DNA of 64,000 bases from Candidatus Wolframiiraptor sinensis (GTDB lineage: Archaea > Thermoproteota > Nitrososphaeria_A > Caldarchaeales > Wolframiiraptoraceae). The stretch is taken from positions 36,340-100,339 of the forward strand of contig JALNKA010000002.1 of assembly GCA_023261815.1 (NCBI GenBank). The letters are read 5' to 3'. Below, piece after piece: positions 47,720 through 59,209 of this stretch. The position numbers and the translations under genes were made by a program. The notes under the pieces are model-generated. The model saw nothing but the letters and a program-made list of their open reading frames with translations. It was not told where the DNA came from and searched no databases. Position 1 is the first letter of the stretch. Every line of letters begins with the position of its first letter.

Positions 47720-48619
47720 ATGCGGATAGTGAGCTACGACTTCGGCGATGAGCAGGATTACGGCTTCCTTCTTCCAGGAAATAGCGTGATACCGAGATAC
47801 TTTGTCGAGGGAGTTCTCGGCGTGAGCTTACCGAGGGATGTTAAGGCGTTTCTGCCGGACAGGGAGCTAGTGGAGCTCATAAAGTCGATCATAGACAAGA
47901 TTCCCGTGGAGGCGATATCATTGGAGGAGCTTCATCTGGGCCCGCCGATACCAAACCCAGGCAAGATAATCTGCCTCGGCTTGAATTATCTCGACCACGC
48001 GGAGGAGGCGGGCCTCGAGCCACCCGAGGGAATGCCCATATTCATGAAGCCCGCGACAGCGCTCACGGGGCCATTCGACCCCATCATAAAGCCGAGGCGC
48101 GTCGAGAAGCTGGACTACGAGGTTGAGCTCGCAGTGGTGATCGCCAGCAGATGCAGAGACATCGAGCCCGAGGAGGCATACGAGAACATTTTCGGCTACA
48201 TGATCATGAACGATGTATCGGCTAGAGACATACAGTTCAGGGATGGCCAGTGGACTCGCGGGAAGATCATGGATACGTTCGCGCCGACCGGCCCATGCCT
48301 GGTTTCCAAGGAGGAGGTGGAAGACCCCCACAACCTCAGGATGCTCACGATCGTTAATGGAGAGATAAGGCAGAACTCCTCCACGTCCAAAATGATAAGG
48401 AAGATACCAGAGATAGTCTCGATCCTGAGCCAGGGAATGACCTTCGAGCCGGGGGACATAATAGCTACGGGGACGCCGGCGGGCGTCGGGATATTCCATA
48501 AGCCGGAGCCTAAGCTCCTACAACCAGGAGACGCCGTCGAGATGTGGATCGAGAAGATCGGAACTATGAGAAACCACGTGATCTCGGCTGAATGGGCTTC
48601 ACACCTTCCACGCAACTAA
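47720..48619 (+). CDS. Fumarylacetoacetate hydrolase family protein
   Basis: KIICLGLNY, LDYEVEL, NDVSARD, RGK, GDIIATGTPAGVG. Confidence 0.92.
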   Translation: MRIVSYDFGDEQDYGFLLPGNSVIPRYFVEGVLGVSLPRDVKAFLPDRELVELIKSIIDKIPVEAISLEELHLGPPIPNPGKIICLGLNYLDHAEEAGLEPPEGMPIFMKPATALTGPFDPIIKPRRVEKLDYEVELAVVIASRCRDIEPEEAYENIFGYMIMNDVSARDIQFRDGQWTRGKIMDTFAPTGPCLVSKEEVEDPHNLRMLTIVNGEIRQNSSTSKMIRKIPEIVSILSQGMTFEPGDIIATGTPAGVGIFHKPEPKLLQPGDAVEMWIEKIGTMRNHVISAEWASHLPRN

Positions 48620-48674
48620 TTAGGAGGGAAAAACTATAAGCTCGGAGGAGCCGCGTTTCTAGGCGACTCCTGGG

Positions 48675-49826
48675 ATGAGCTCCCGAAGATTTGACGTGAT
48701 AGTTGTTGGCGGGGGGCCTGCTGGCGTTGCGGCGGCGAAGGCTTCAGCTAAAACCGGCGCAAAGACGCTTCTACTGGAGAGGAATCCGGCGATAATGGCC
48801 GTGAAGCCATGCGGTCAAGCCGTCAGCGCGCACACTTTCGAGACCGCCGGGGTTAAGCCGACGTCATCCATGATATTGAATCGCGTGAGCGCAAGGGTGT
48901 ATGCGCCGAATGGCAGGAGCGTTAAGATCCCCGAGACCGGATACCTGATAAACAAGACCCTGCTTCTCCAAGAGATCGCGGCCCAGGCAGCGGAATATGG
49001 AGCCGAGATTCACGTAAATGAGCCATTTATCAGCTTTGCTAGAAGAGGGGATATTTTGATCGTGAAGACGCCCAAAGCCGAATACGAGTGCTCGGCATTG
49101 ATAGGCGCGGATGGATACAATTCTAGGGTCGCGAGAACCCTCGGCGTCAATGAGAGATCAGAGCCGATTCCGACGCTCCAGTACCTCATGGCCGGATCGA
49201 GACTCGAGAGCATTGACGAGATCAGGATCTATGTCGGGAATGAAATAGCTCCTCGAGGATATGCCTGGCTTTTCCCCTTCAGCGATAGAATAGCTGAGAT
49301 TGGCCTCGGGGTTAGAGGCGCGCCCCTCAAGCCATACATGGATAGAGTTCTCAGGATGCTAAAAAGCGAGCTCGGGTCAGCCCAGGTGATAGATAATCGC
49401 GGCGCGCCCGTTCCCGTCGGCGGCGTGATAAGCAAATACATCTTCGATCACGTGATCTTAATCGGCGATGCCGCGGGAATGGTCATACCGATGACCGGCG
49501 GGGGAATACACTCCTCGATAGCCGCGGGGATTGCCGCCGGAGAAGTGGTGGGGGAAGCCTCTCAGGAAGGAGAGGCATCGGAGAAGAGGCTCAGGAGTTT
49601 TGACGAGAAGTATAGGCCGTGGCTTGAGAGGATAAGAAGGAGCCTCCGAGTGCTGAGAGTCATCGAGGGATTAAGCGACGAGGATCTAAACGAGCTCGCA
49701 GAGATACTCGATGACGAGGATATAGTGGATCTCGCGAACGGCCTTAACGTGGGGAGGGTTGCGAGGAAGCTCCTAAGCCACCCGAGGCTCGCCGTGAAGC
49801 TGGCGAGGCAGCTTCTCAGCATCTAG
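48675..49826 (+). CDS. Geranylgeranyl reductase (DGGGPL reductase-like)
   Basis: GGGPAG, KPCG, GADG, YAWLFP, IGDAAG, GGGI. Confidence 0.88.
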   Translation: MSSRRFDVIVVGGGPAGVAAAKASAKTGAKTLLLERNPAIMAVKPCGQAVSAHTFETAGVKPTSSMILNRVSARVYAPNGRSVKIPETGYLINKTLLLQEIAAQAAEYGAEIHVNEPFISFARRGDILIVKTPKAEYECSALIGADGYNSRVARTLGVNERSEPIPTLQYLMAGSRLESIDEIRIYVGNEIAPRGYAWLFPFSDRIAEIGLGVRGAPLKPYMDRVLRMLKSELGSAQVIDNRGAPVPVGGVISKYIFDHVILIGDAAGMVIPMTGGGIHSSIAAGIAAGEVVGEASQEGEASEKRLRSFDEKYRPWLERIRRSLRVLRVIEGLSDEDLNELAEILDDEDIVDLANGLNVGRVARKLLSHPRLAVKLARQLLSI

Positions 49827-50923
49827 CGGCGCACCCCGAATATGGATGATGCTTGAAAATCCATGTCGCCCATCCTCGAGAAGTAGAAGCACCCGATTCT
49901 CGATGTCGCGAGAATTACTAGAAGATCGAGGAGAGGAGAGCTTATTTTCCCGATCAGCCTCCGGAGGAGCGCTATTCTCTTAAGCTCTCCGATGATCCAG
50001 GCGGCCTCGGCGAGGGACTTCTCCGGCGATTCGCCTCTGAGGCTCATCGCGATGGCAGATGCGATCTTCGCCGCGATTAGCCCGCCCATTACAACCCCGC
50101 CGCCCGTCGTCGCCTTCACGTGGCCCGCGGCATCACCGACCGGAATAAACCTCGTCGGAAACAGCCTCGTGCTATCAATGGGATAGCCCGTGTAAATTAC
50201 GTGAGAAGATGAATTGAGGCGGCGCGCGCTCGGAAACTCTTCTCTCAGAAATCTATCCAGTAGCTTTCTCAATCCGGGAATCCTGGACGCGATGCCGAGC
50301 TTGCCCAGATGATCATTGATGGGTATTAGGTAGGCGAAGAAGTCCGGGAGATAATCCTTCAGGTATATGTACGCGAATCTCGGGTCGAGCCCGTGATCTT
50401 CCACGATGAGCTGGATTATCGGGATCCATCTCCTCGACTCGGCTCCGGCTCCCAGAAATCTTCTCATTAAGGCCGCTCCAGCTCCCTCGGCATCCACCAC
50501 CCAACATGCTCGATAAACTCCCTCGCTTGTGATTATTCGAAAGCATTCTCCATCTCTCTCGACATTCCTTACTCTGGCCCCGCGGATTATCTCGGCTCCA
50601 GCTCTCTCAGCCTGCCTCGCGATCTCCGCGTCAAAAAGCCTCCTGCTAACGACCGCCGCCATGGGCCTGCCGGCATCAAGAACTCTCCAGAAACCCGTGG
50701 AGCTCTTTATCGCCGCCCCTCTCACGACATTCTGCAGATATACTCCATTAGCCGGGAGCATCAGCCTCTCGAGTCCTGAGAGGCTTATGAGGCCCGCGCA
50801 TCTCTCCGGCTCACCTATTTCCACGTGCTCCTCGAACACCATCACCTCGGCGCCCGCCCTCGCCGCCTCCCGAGCAGCTATCAAGCCCGCTGGCCCTCCC
50901 CCGACCACGGCCATCTCAATCAT
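49823..50923 (-). CDS. Geranylgeranyl reductase family flavoprotein (divergent paralog)
   Basis: GGGPAG, RCAGL, DAEG, FAYLIP, VGDAAGHVKATTGGGV. Confidence 0.85.
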   Translation of the reverse strand: MIEMAVVGGGPAGLIAAREAARAGAEVMVFEEHVEIGEPERCAGLISLSGLERLMLPANGVYLQNVVRGAAIKSSTGFWRVLDAGRPMAAVVSRRLFDAEIARQAERAGAEIIRGARVRNVERDGECFRIITSEGVYRACWVVDAEGAGAALMRRFLGAGAESRRWIPIIQLIVEDHGLDPRFAYIYLKDYLPDFFAYLIPINDHLGKLGIASRIPGLRKLLDRFLREEFPSARRLNSSSHVIYTGYPIDSTRLFPTRFIPVGDAAGHVKATTGGGVVMGGLIAAKIASAIAMSLRGESPEKSLAEAAWIIGELKRIALLRRLIGKISSPLLDLLVILATSRIGCFYFSRMGDMDFQASSIFGVRR

Positions 50924-51254
50924 TTTTCAGAACCTCTCGTCGGGATACCATTTTATGGGCCTTACTCATGTCTGTTGTGATTATTGAGTCATCCCTCTGT
51001 CTCTACCTCGCATGGATACTCTATCCTCTATCCTAAGATCCTTTCCTGGCTCGACTATTATCCCCTGGAAGTATTTTAGGTAGGGAGATATAATCCAGTA
51101 GAACTCCAATATTTCTAACCCCTCATAATACTCGCCACTCTAACATCACCAATCCCGCATCCATAACATAAAAACGTTCATTTACCCCCCATGTTCACTT
51201 TCATCATACTCCCAAACTCTTAAGCCTCTGTGAGAATATTTTTCCTGCGATGCG

Positions 51255-51545
51255 GTGATGATTAGAATGATTTTCATCAACATGACGTGGAACTCCAAAC
51301 CGCGTACATGCTACGATCCAGATGGAGTTAGGCTCTTTGAGGTAAATGATCTCAGGAGGCTCATAAAGGAATATGACGAAGTTTACCTTGGTGGTTCGCT
51401 CTTTCCGAATGCGATACCTCAGCTGAGGGCGCTGATAGACAATGGCGCAAACTCATCTTACTTTAACAGGTCGTGGACGTGGAAAAGATGGTGTAATAAG
51501 TATGCTGATGCACTAAGGAGCGTATTAAAAAAAGAGATTGCTTAG
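51255..51545 (+). CDS. Hypothetical protein or gene fragment in an AT-rich patch
   Basis: 96-aa ORF preceded by TATA-like CTTAAG; no recognisable family. Confidence 0.3.
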   Translation: MMIRMIFINMTWNSKPRTCYDPDGVRLFEVNDLRRLIKEYDEVYLGGSLFPNAIPQLRALIDNGANSSYFNRSWTWKRWCNKYADALRSVLKKEIA

Positions 51546-51588
51546 AAATTCTGAAGGCTTGCAATCAATTTGCGATGCAGTCAATGCT

Positions 51589-51708
51589 GATGGAGGAGGT
51601 AGGATAAAGGCCCTGATGAGACCTGTAGTCGATATTTTAGGGCTCCCCTCGTAGGAGTGATGGATACCATAGTGCAGGCGAAGGGCCGTCCAAAATGCTT
51701 CCTCCATC
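51589..51708 (+). ncRNA. Candidate structured K-turn RNA
   Basis: Nested stems GATGGAGGAGG/CTTCCTCCATC, GGCCCT/AGGGCC, GAT bulge with tandem GA/GA, CCTGTA/TGCAGG. Confidence 0.5.
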
Positions 51709-51917
51709 CCATCATTCTCCTTTCCTTTAACCTGTTACTCATTCCAGTTAGAACCGTCTAGGGACGATTCATTCAAAGCTACTCCTTGGGCTCATAAGGG
51801 GGAGAATATATAGGCACAGGTATAGGTATATTATGTAGACAAATGATTTAGGGTGAGATCGTAGGCAAGAAAAAGGAAAATATCGCGTTGATCCAGAGTT
51901 TAACGCTATCCTGAGAG

Positions 51918-52211
51918 GTGGGCGTGGAGGCTTTGAAGCTGGCTCGCGCGCACGTGATAATAACCGGGAAGGTTCAAGGGGTTTTTTACCGGGTTAGCGC
52001 GAAAAAAACCGCGGATAAGTTCGGCGTGAAGGGCTGGATAAGGAACCTGCCGGATGGCAGGGTCGAGGCGGTTTTTGAGGGCGAAGAAGACGCCGTGAAG
52101 CGCATGATATCATGGTGCTGGGTCGGGCCCCCGGGAGCAAAAGTGATAAGCATAGACGTCGAGTGGGAGGAGTATCTCGGCGAATACAAGGACTTCCGCA
52201 TACTCTACTAG
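51918..52211 (+). CDS. acyP: Acylphosphatase
   Basis: GKVQGVFYR, GWIRNLPDGRVEAVFEG, GPPGA. Confidence 0.94.
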   Translation: MGVEALKLARAHVIITGKVQGVFYRVSAKKTADKFGVKGWIRNLPDGRVEAVFEGEEDAVKRMISWCWVGPPGAKVISIDVEWEEYLGEYKDFRILY

Positions 52212-52283
52212 AGAGCTGGAGCGGATTCGAGCACCTCCGGTGCTCAAGCTTAATATATCGGGCTCAATTTCAGCCTCCTGAGA

Positions 52284-53012
52284 ATGCTAGCGAGAAAGCA
52301 GTCGTTAAAGGCCGCGGAGATTGCTCTCTCAACAGCCCTAGTCCTAGCGGCCACAATCATGGTGAATGTCTACGTTCCCGCGACCAGGGGGTACTTCAAC
52401 CTCGGCGAAACCATGATCTACCTTGTCGCGCTCCTCTTTAACCCGTTCACCGCGGCGTTCGCGGGAGGAGTGGGCTCCGCCTTAGCGGACATAATACTGG
52501 GTTACACGATCTACGCGCCGGCAACTCTCGTTATTAAGGCGGTGGAGGGGGCAGTGGCATCAGCGCTGTTTCGCAGGCTGAGGGTTGGAGGGAGGGTTGG
52601 AGGGCGAGCTCTCCTGGCCCTCTCCACGGGCACAGTCCTCGCGTACTCACTCCTGATCCTGATAATCGGTTACACGATCTTCGTCGGTGAGGTGGAGTTG
52701 ACGCTCTCCGAGTTCCTGAGGCTCAGGGGCTTCATAGACCCCGTCATATGGACTTTCATCGCATCGGCCTTAATCGCGACGCCGATCTACGTGCTCGTCA
52801 GGAAGAGGGGCGAGATAGGGCTCATCCTGCTATCACTGCTCTTCGCGGGATCGATAATGATTCTGGGATACTATCTCTACGAGCAGCTTATTCTGGGATA
52901 CTATGCCTTGGCTGAGGTTCCAGTAAACCTAGGGCAGGTAATATTGGGCATCGCCGTCGCAATACCAACGTATATGCTGGTGAGAAGGCACATCCAACGA
53001 TCCGCGGAATAG
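52284..53012 (+). CDS. ECF transporter S component
   Basis: GYFNLGE, GGVGSALAD, YAPATLVIKAVEG, N-x2-Q near the C-terminus. Confidence 0.85.
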   Translation: MLARKQSLKAAEIALSTALVLAATIMVNVYVPATRGYFNLGETMIYLVALLFNPFTAAFAGGVGSALADIILGYTIYAPATLVIKAVEGAVASALFRRLRVGGRVGGRALLALSTGTVLAYSLLILIIGYTIFVGEVELTLSEFLRLRGFIDPVIWTFIASALIATPIYVLVRKRGEIGLILLSLLFAGSIMILGYYLYEQLILGYYALAEVPVNLGQVILGIAVAIPTYMLVRRHIQRSAE

Positions 53013-53053
53013 TTATAAGATCCGCGACCCCATCCTTCTTCGGAGTGGTCTAG

Positions 53054-56001
<2,948 letters not shown>

Positions 56002-56106
56002 AGATAAAAGTGGTGATCAATGATTAGACAAAATTTTTCCGCCGAGCCCGGGGGAGGATAATACTTAAAGCTAGCGCCACAGAAAATAGTCTTCCGGTGT
56101 CCATTT

Positions 56107-57561
56107 ATGCCGCAGGTTCCACTGGAGCGTGTGGATGAGGTTGTCTGGAGGATTCCGAAGCATAGGCCGGATATGCGCGTCCCAGTTCTAGTTTTCGCCT
56201 CAGAGGATCTGCTGGAGAAGATGATGCAGGATAGGACGCTCATCCAGGCGGCTAACGTGGCCACGTTGCCCGGGATACTGAAGCACGCGGTGGTTCTGCC
56301 GGATGCCCACGAGGGCTACGGCTTCCCCATAGGAGGAGTTGGAGCAACAGACTACGAGGATGGAGTCATCTCCCCGGGGGGAGTCGGCTATGACATAAAC
56401 TGCGGGGTCAGGCTGATGGTCACCAACTTGGATGAGAAGGATGTTAGGCCGAGAATCCAGGAGCTGGTAAACACGATATTCAGGAATGTCCCCTCAGGAC
56501 TCGGATCTAGGAGAAGAGACTTCCAGGTTACTAGAAGCGAGCTCGATAGAATAGCGGTTGAGGGCGCGAGATATGTCATCGAGAAGTTCGGGCTGGGATG
56601 GCCCGAGGACCTAAAGCACATCGAGGAGGAGGGTTGCTTGGAGGGAGCTGACCCGAGCTACGTGAGCGCGGCGGCGAGGGAGCGAGGCCTGCCCCAGATA
56701 GGCACGCTGGGAAGCGGCAACCACTTCCTAGAAATCCAAGTAGTCGATAAGATATTCGATGAGAGAGCTGCCAAGCAGATGGGCATAACCCATAAGGGGC
56801 AGGTGACAGTCCTCGTCCACACGGGGAGCAGGGGCTATGGCCACCAGATCTGCAGCGACTATCTCAGGGTCATGGAGAGGGCCGCGCACAAGTATGGGAT
56901 AAGGCTCCCGGATAGGGAGCTCGCATGCGCGCCGGCTAATAGCAAGGAGGCCGAGAGCTATCTGAAGGCATTCGCCTGCGCCGTTAACTTCGCCTTTGCG
57001 AATAGGCAGGCGATAAGCCACTGGATTAGGCAGAGCTTCGCGGAGGTGTTCAGGCAGCCGGCCGAGGCCATGGGACTCCAGCTCATCTACGATGTTGCTC
57101 ATAACATCGTCAAGCTCGAGGAGCACGTGATCGACGGCGCGAGGAGGAAGGTCTGGGTTCACAGGAAGGGCGCAACGAGAAGCTTTCCAGCCGGCCACCC
57201 GCTCGTCCCAGAGGACTACAAGGATATCGGGCAGCCCGTTCTTCTTCCCGGATCGATGGGCACAGCCAGCTGGGTTCTTCTCGGAAGCCCGAAGGCCATG
57301 GAGATGACCTTCGGCAGCACGGCTCATGGCGCTGGCAGGACCGCGAGCAGGGCTGAGGCGAAGAGAAGGCTCACCGCAAGCCAGGTCATAGACGCCCTCA
57401 GCAGGAAGGGGATATACATCAAGAGCGATAGCATGGAGACCGTAGTCGAGGAGGCCGACCAAGCATACAAGAACGTTGACATAGTCGCTGAGGTGAGCCA
57501 TCGAGCCGGCATAGGAACCAAGGTCGCAAGACTGATACCGATGGGCGTCGTGAAGGGCTAG
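56107..57561 (+). CDS. rtcB: RNA-splicing ligase RtcB
   Basis: PDAHEGYGFPIGGV, GYDINCG, GSGNHFLE, HTGSRG, HRKGAT, PGSMG, HGAGR. Confidence 0.96.
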   Translation: MPQVPLERVDEVVWRIPKHRPDMRVPVLVFASEDLLEKMMQDRTLIQAANVATLPGILKHAVVLPDAHEGYGFPIGGVGATDYEDGVISPGGVGYDINCGVRLMVTNLDEKDVRPRIQELVNTIFRNVPSGLGSRRRDFQVTRSELDRIAVEGARYVIEKFGLGWPEDLKHIEEEGCLEGADPSYVSAAARERGLPQIGTLGSGNHFLEIQVVDKIFDERAAKQMGITHKGQVTVLVHTGSRGYGHQICSDYLRVMERAAHKYGIRLPDRELACAPANSKEAESYLKAFACAVNFAFANRQAISHWIRQSFAEVFRQPAEAMGLQLIYDVAHNIVKLEEHVIDGARRKVWVHRKGATRSFPAGHPLVPEDYKDIGQPVLLPGSMGTASWVLLGSPKAMEMTFGSTAHGAGRTASRAEAKRRLTASQVIDALSRKGIYIKSDSMETVVEEADQAYKNVDIVAEVSHRAGIGTKVARLIPMGVVKG

Positions 57562-57564
57562 AGC

Positions 57565-57801
57565 ATGCTCGGCAAGGAGATCCTCAGCCCCCTCATGCTC
57601 CTCGGAATAATGCTGATGATGGTTGGAGCGATTTTGCTAATCCTCCCGCTGATCGCGAGAATGGGGATAAGGCTCGAGGAAGTCCACCCGCTAATACTCC
57701 TCGGAAAGAGATTTGATGGAGTTTATATCGGGACGTCTCCGCTGCTGATAATAATCATGGCCGCGCTATACATCGCGTTCCTTCTTCTGAGGCGGGGCTA
57801 A
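57565..57801 (+). CDS. Small two-TM membrane protein
   Basis: Two hydrophobic segments; starts 3 nt after rtcB. Confidence 0.6.
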   Translation: MLGKEILSPLMLLGIMLMMVGAILLILPLIARMGIRLEEVHPLILLGKRFDGVYIGTSPLLIIIMAALYIAFLLLRRG

Positions 57802-58439
57802 ACAAGCCTCCTAACCCTCATGAGATAGTTCAGGACCTGGTCATCGCTCAGCTGGGAGAAATCGTAGTAGAACTGGCCTATCGCGAAGAATGGGGTCGGG
57901 GTCTCGAGACACCTCACATCATCCACCTCTCTCGAGAGCTTTGGAAGAGTCTCCGGGGGAGCTACGGGCACGGCGATGACGAGCCTTCTTGGCTCAAGCT
58001 TCCTGAGAAATCTCGCGGTTGCTATAATCGTGGCGCCAGTTGCCACACCATCATCAACGAGGATCACGATGTAATCCTTGAGCGCTGGCAAAGGCTTGCC
58101 GCCTCGATATAGCTCGATTCTCCGCCTCACCTCCCTGAGCTCCCTCTCTCCCTCGCTTCTTATCCAGTCAAGGCTGACTCCCACGAGCCTGGCGACCTCC
58201 TCATCCACGTATATCGTCCCGTCCTCCGCGACCGCTCCGACCGCGAGCTCGGGATCCATCGGCGCCCCAATCTTCCTCGGCACGGTGACCTCCAGCGGAG
58301 AATCTAGCCTCATTGCTAGGACGTATCCGACCTCAACCCCTCCCCTCGGAATAGCTATTATGGCTAGTCTCTCGCCACGATAATTGGATAGAAGCTCGGC
58401 CAGCTTCTCGCCCGCATCAAGCCTATCCCTGAAGATCAT
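57798..58439 (-). CDS. Phosphoribosyltransferase (COG1926-like)
   Basis: FRDRLDAG, IPRGG, RKIGAP, ILVDDGVATGAT, AIGQFY. Confidence 0.9.
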   Translation of the reverse strand: MIFRDRLDAGEKLAELLSNYRGERLAIIAIPRGGVEVGYVLAMRLDSPLEVTVPRKIGAPMDPELAVGAVAEDGTIYVDEEVARLVGVSLDWIRSEGERELREVRRRIELYRGGKPLPALKDYIVILVDDGVATGATIIATARFLRKLEPRRLVIAVPVAPPETLPKLSREVDDVRCLETPTPFFAIGQFYYDFSQLSDDQVLNYLMRVRRLV

Positions 58440-58523
58440 CTCCGAGATCGAGATGCGTGGGATAGCTTATCAAGTTTCTCCGCGCCCTCGGCAATACTTA
58501 TTAACCGCGGGCTGCCCGCCTCC

Positions 58524-58739
58524 ATGGAAATGTCCTCTCAGCAGGAGTCCGCTGCTAGCATCATCTACCAGTGCGTCTGGTGCGGGAAGAAGTTCGAGAA
58601 GAGAATGCTCTCGAAGATAGCCGAGACTAGGTGCCCATATTGCGGGTTCAACGTGATAATGAAGGCGAGGTCGCCGACGGCGAAGCTGATAGTATCCTCG
58701 AAGCTGACGGAGGAGCAGAGGCTCCTGACCGAAGACTAG
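58524..58739 (+). CDS. rpoP: DNA-directed RNA polymerase subunit Rpo12 (P)
   Basis: YQCVWCG...[14 protein letters not shown] zinc ribbon. Confidence 0.82.
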   Translation: MEMSSQQESAASIIYQCVWCGKKFEKRMLSKIAETRCPYCGFNVIMKARSPTAKLIVSSKLTEEQRLLTED

Positions 58740-59122
58740 CCCTTAATCCCCCTCATCTCATTAATCTTCTTAACGACCTCATCCATGAAGTCCTTGGCAT
58801 CTCCTGGCTCTATTATCGAGACGGAGCTGGCGCTAACTTGAAGGCCCGCGGCCTCCCCCAGCTCCCTCTTAGAAGCGACGAAAGTATAGGGTATCTTGCG
58901 CTCATCGCATAATGTCGGCAGGAATGCGACTATCTCCGGGGGATCCACGTCCATGGCTATCACGACGAACTTCGCCTGACCTCGCTCGATCGACTTGATG
59001 ACCTCATTCACGCCCTTCCTGATCTTGCCCGTCTCCCTGGCGAGCCTCACTACCTCGAGAGTCGCCTTCATCAGCTCCTCAGGAACCTCGAACGTTACAT
59101 AACTGGGCTTCGGATTAGGCAT
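58736..59122 (-). CDS. rpl7ae: 50S ribosomal protein eL8/L7Ae
   Basis: [43 protein letters not shown]. Confidence 0.97.
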   Translation of the reverse strand: MPNPKPSYVTFEVPEELMKATLEVVRLARETGKIRKGVNEVIKSIERGQAKFVVIAMDVDPPEIVAFLPTLCDERKIPYTFVASKRELGEAAGLQVSASSVSIIEPGDAKDFMDEVVKKINEMRGIKG

Positions 59123-59141
59123 ACGCCCTCATCTCCCCAGC
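59102..59141 (-). promoter_or_regulatory. K-turn formed by the rpl7ae 5'UTR and first codons
   Basis: GCUGGG-GA-GAU-GA-GG...AUG...CC-GA-AG-CCCAGU. Confidence 0.6.
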
Positions 59142-59209
59142 ACTTCATGAGAGCCCAAGCTAAAAACTTTCCCCCAGGCCCTCGATGATCGGAGAACGTT
59201 ATAAGATGG

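Noticed and set aside
51609-51690. Hammerhead ribozyme or fluoride riboswitch (CTGATGAG...CGAA)
   Set aside because: GAAA is GAAG, the flanks pair with each other leaving no third stem or cleavage triplet, and the crcB pseudoknot complement is absent; a K-turn fits better.
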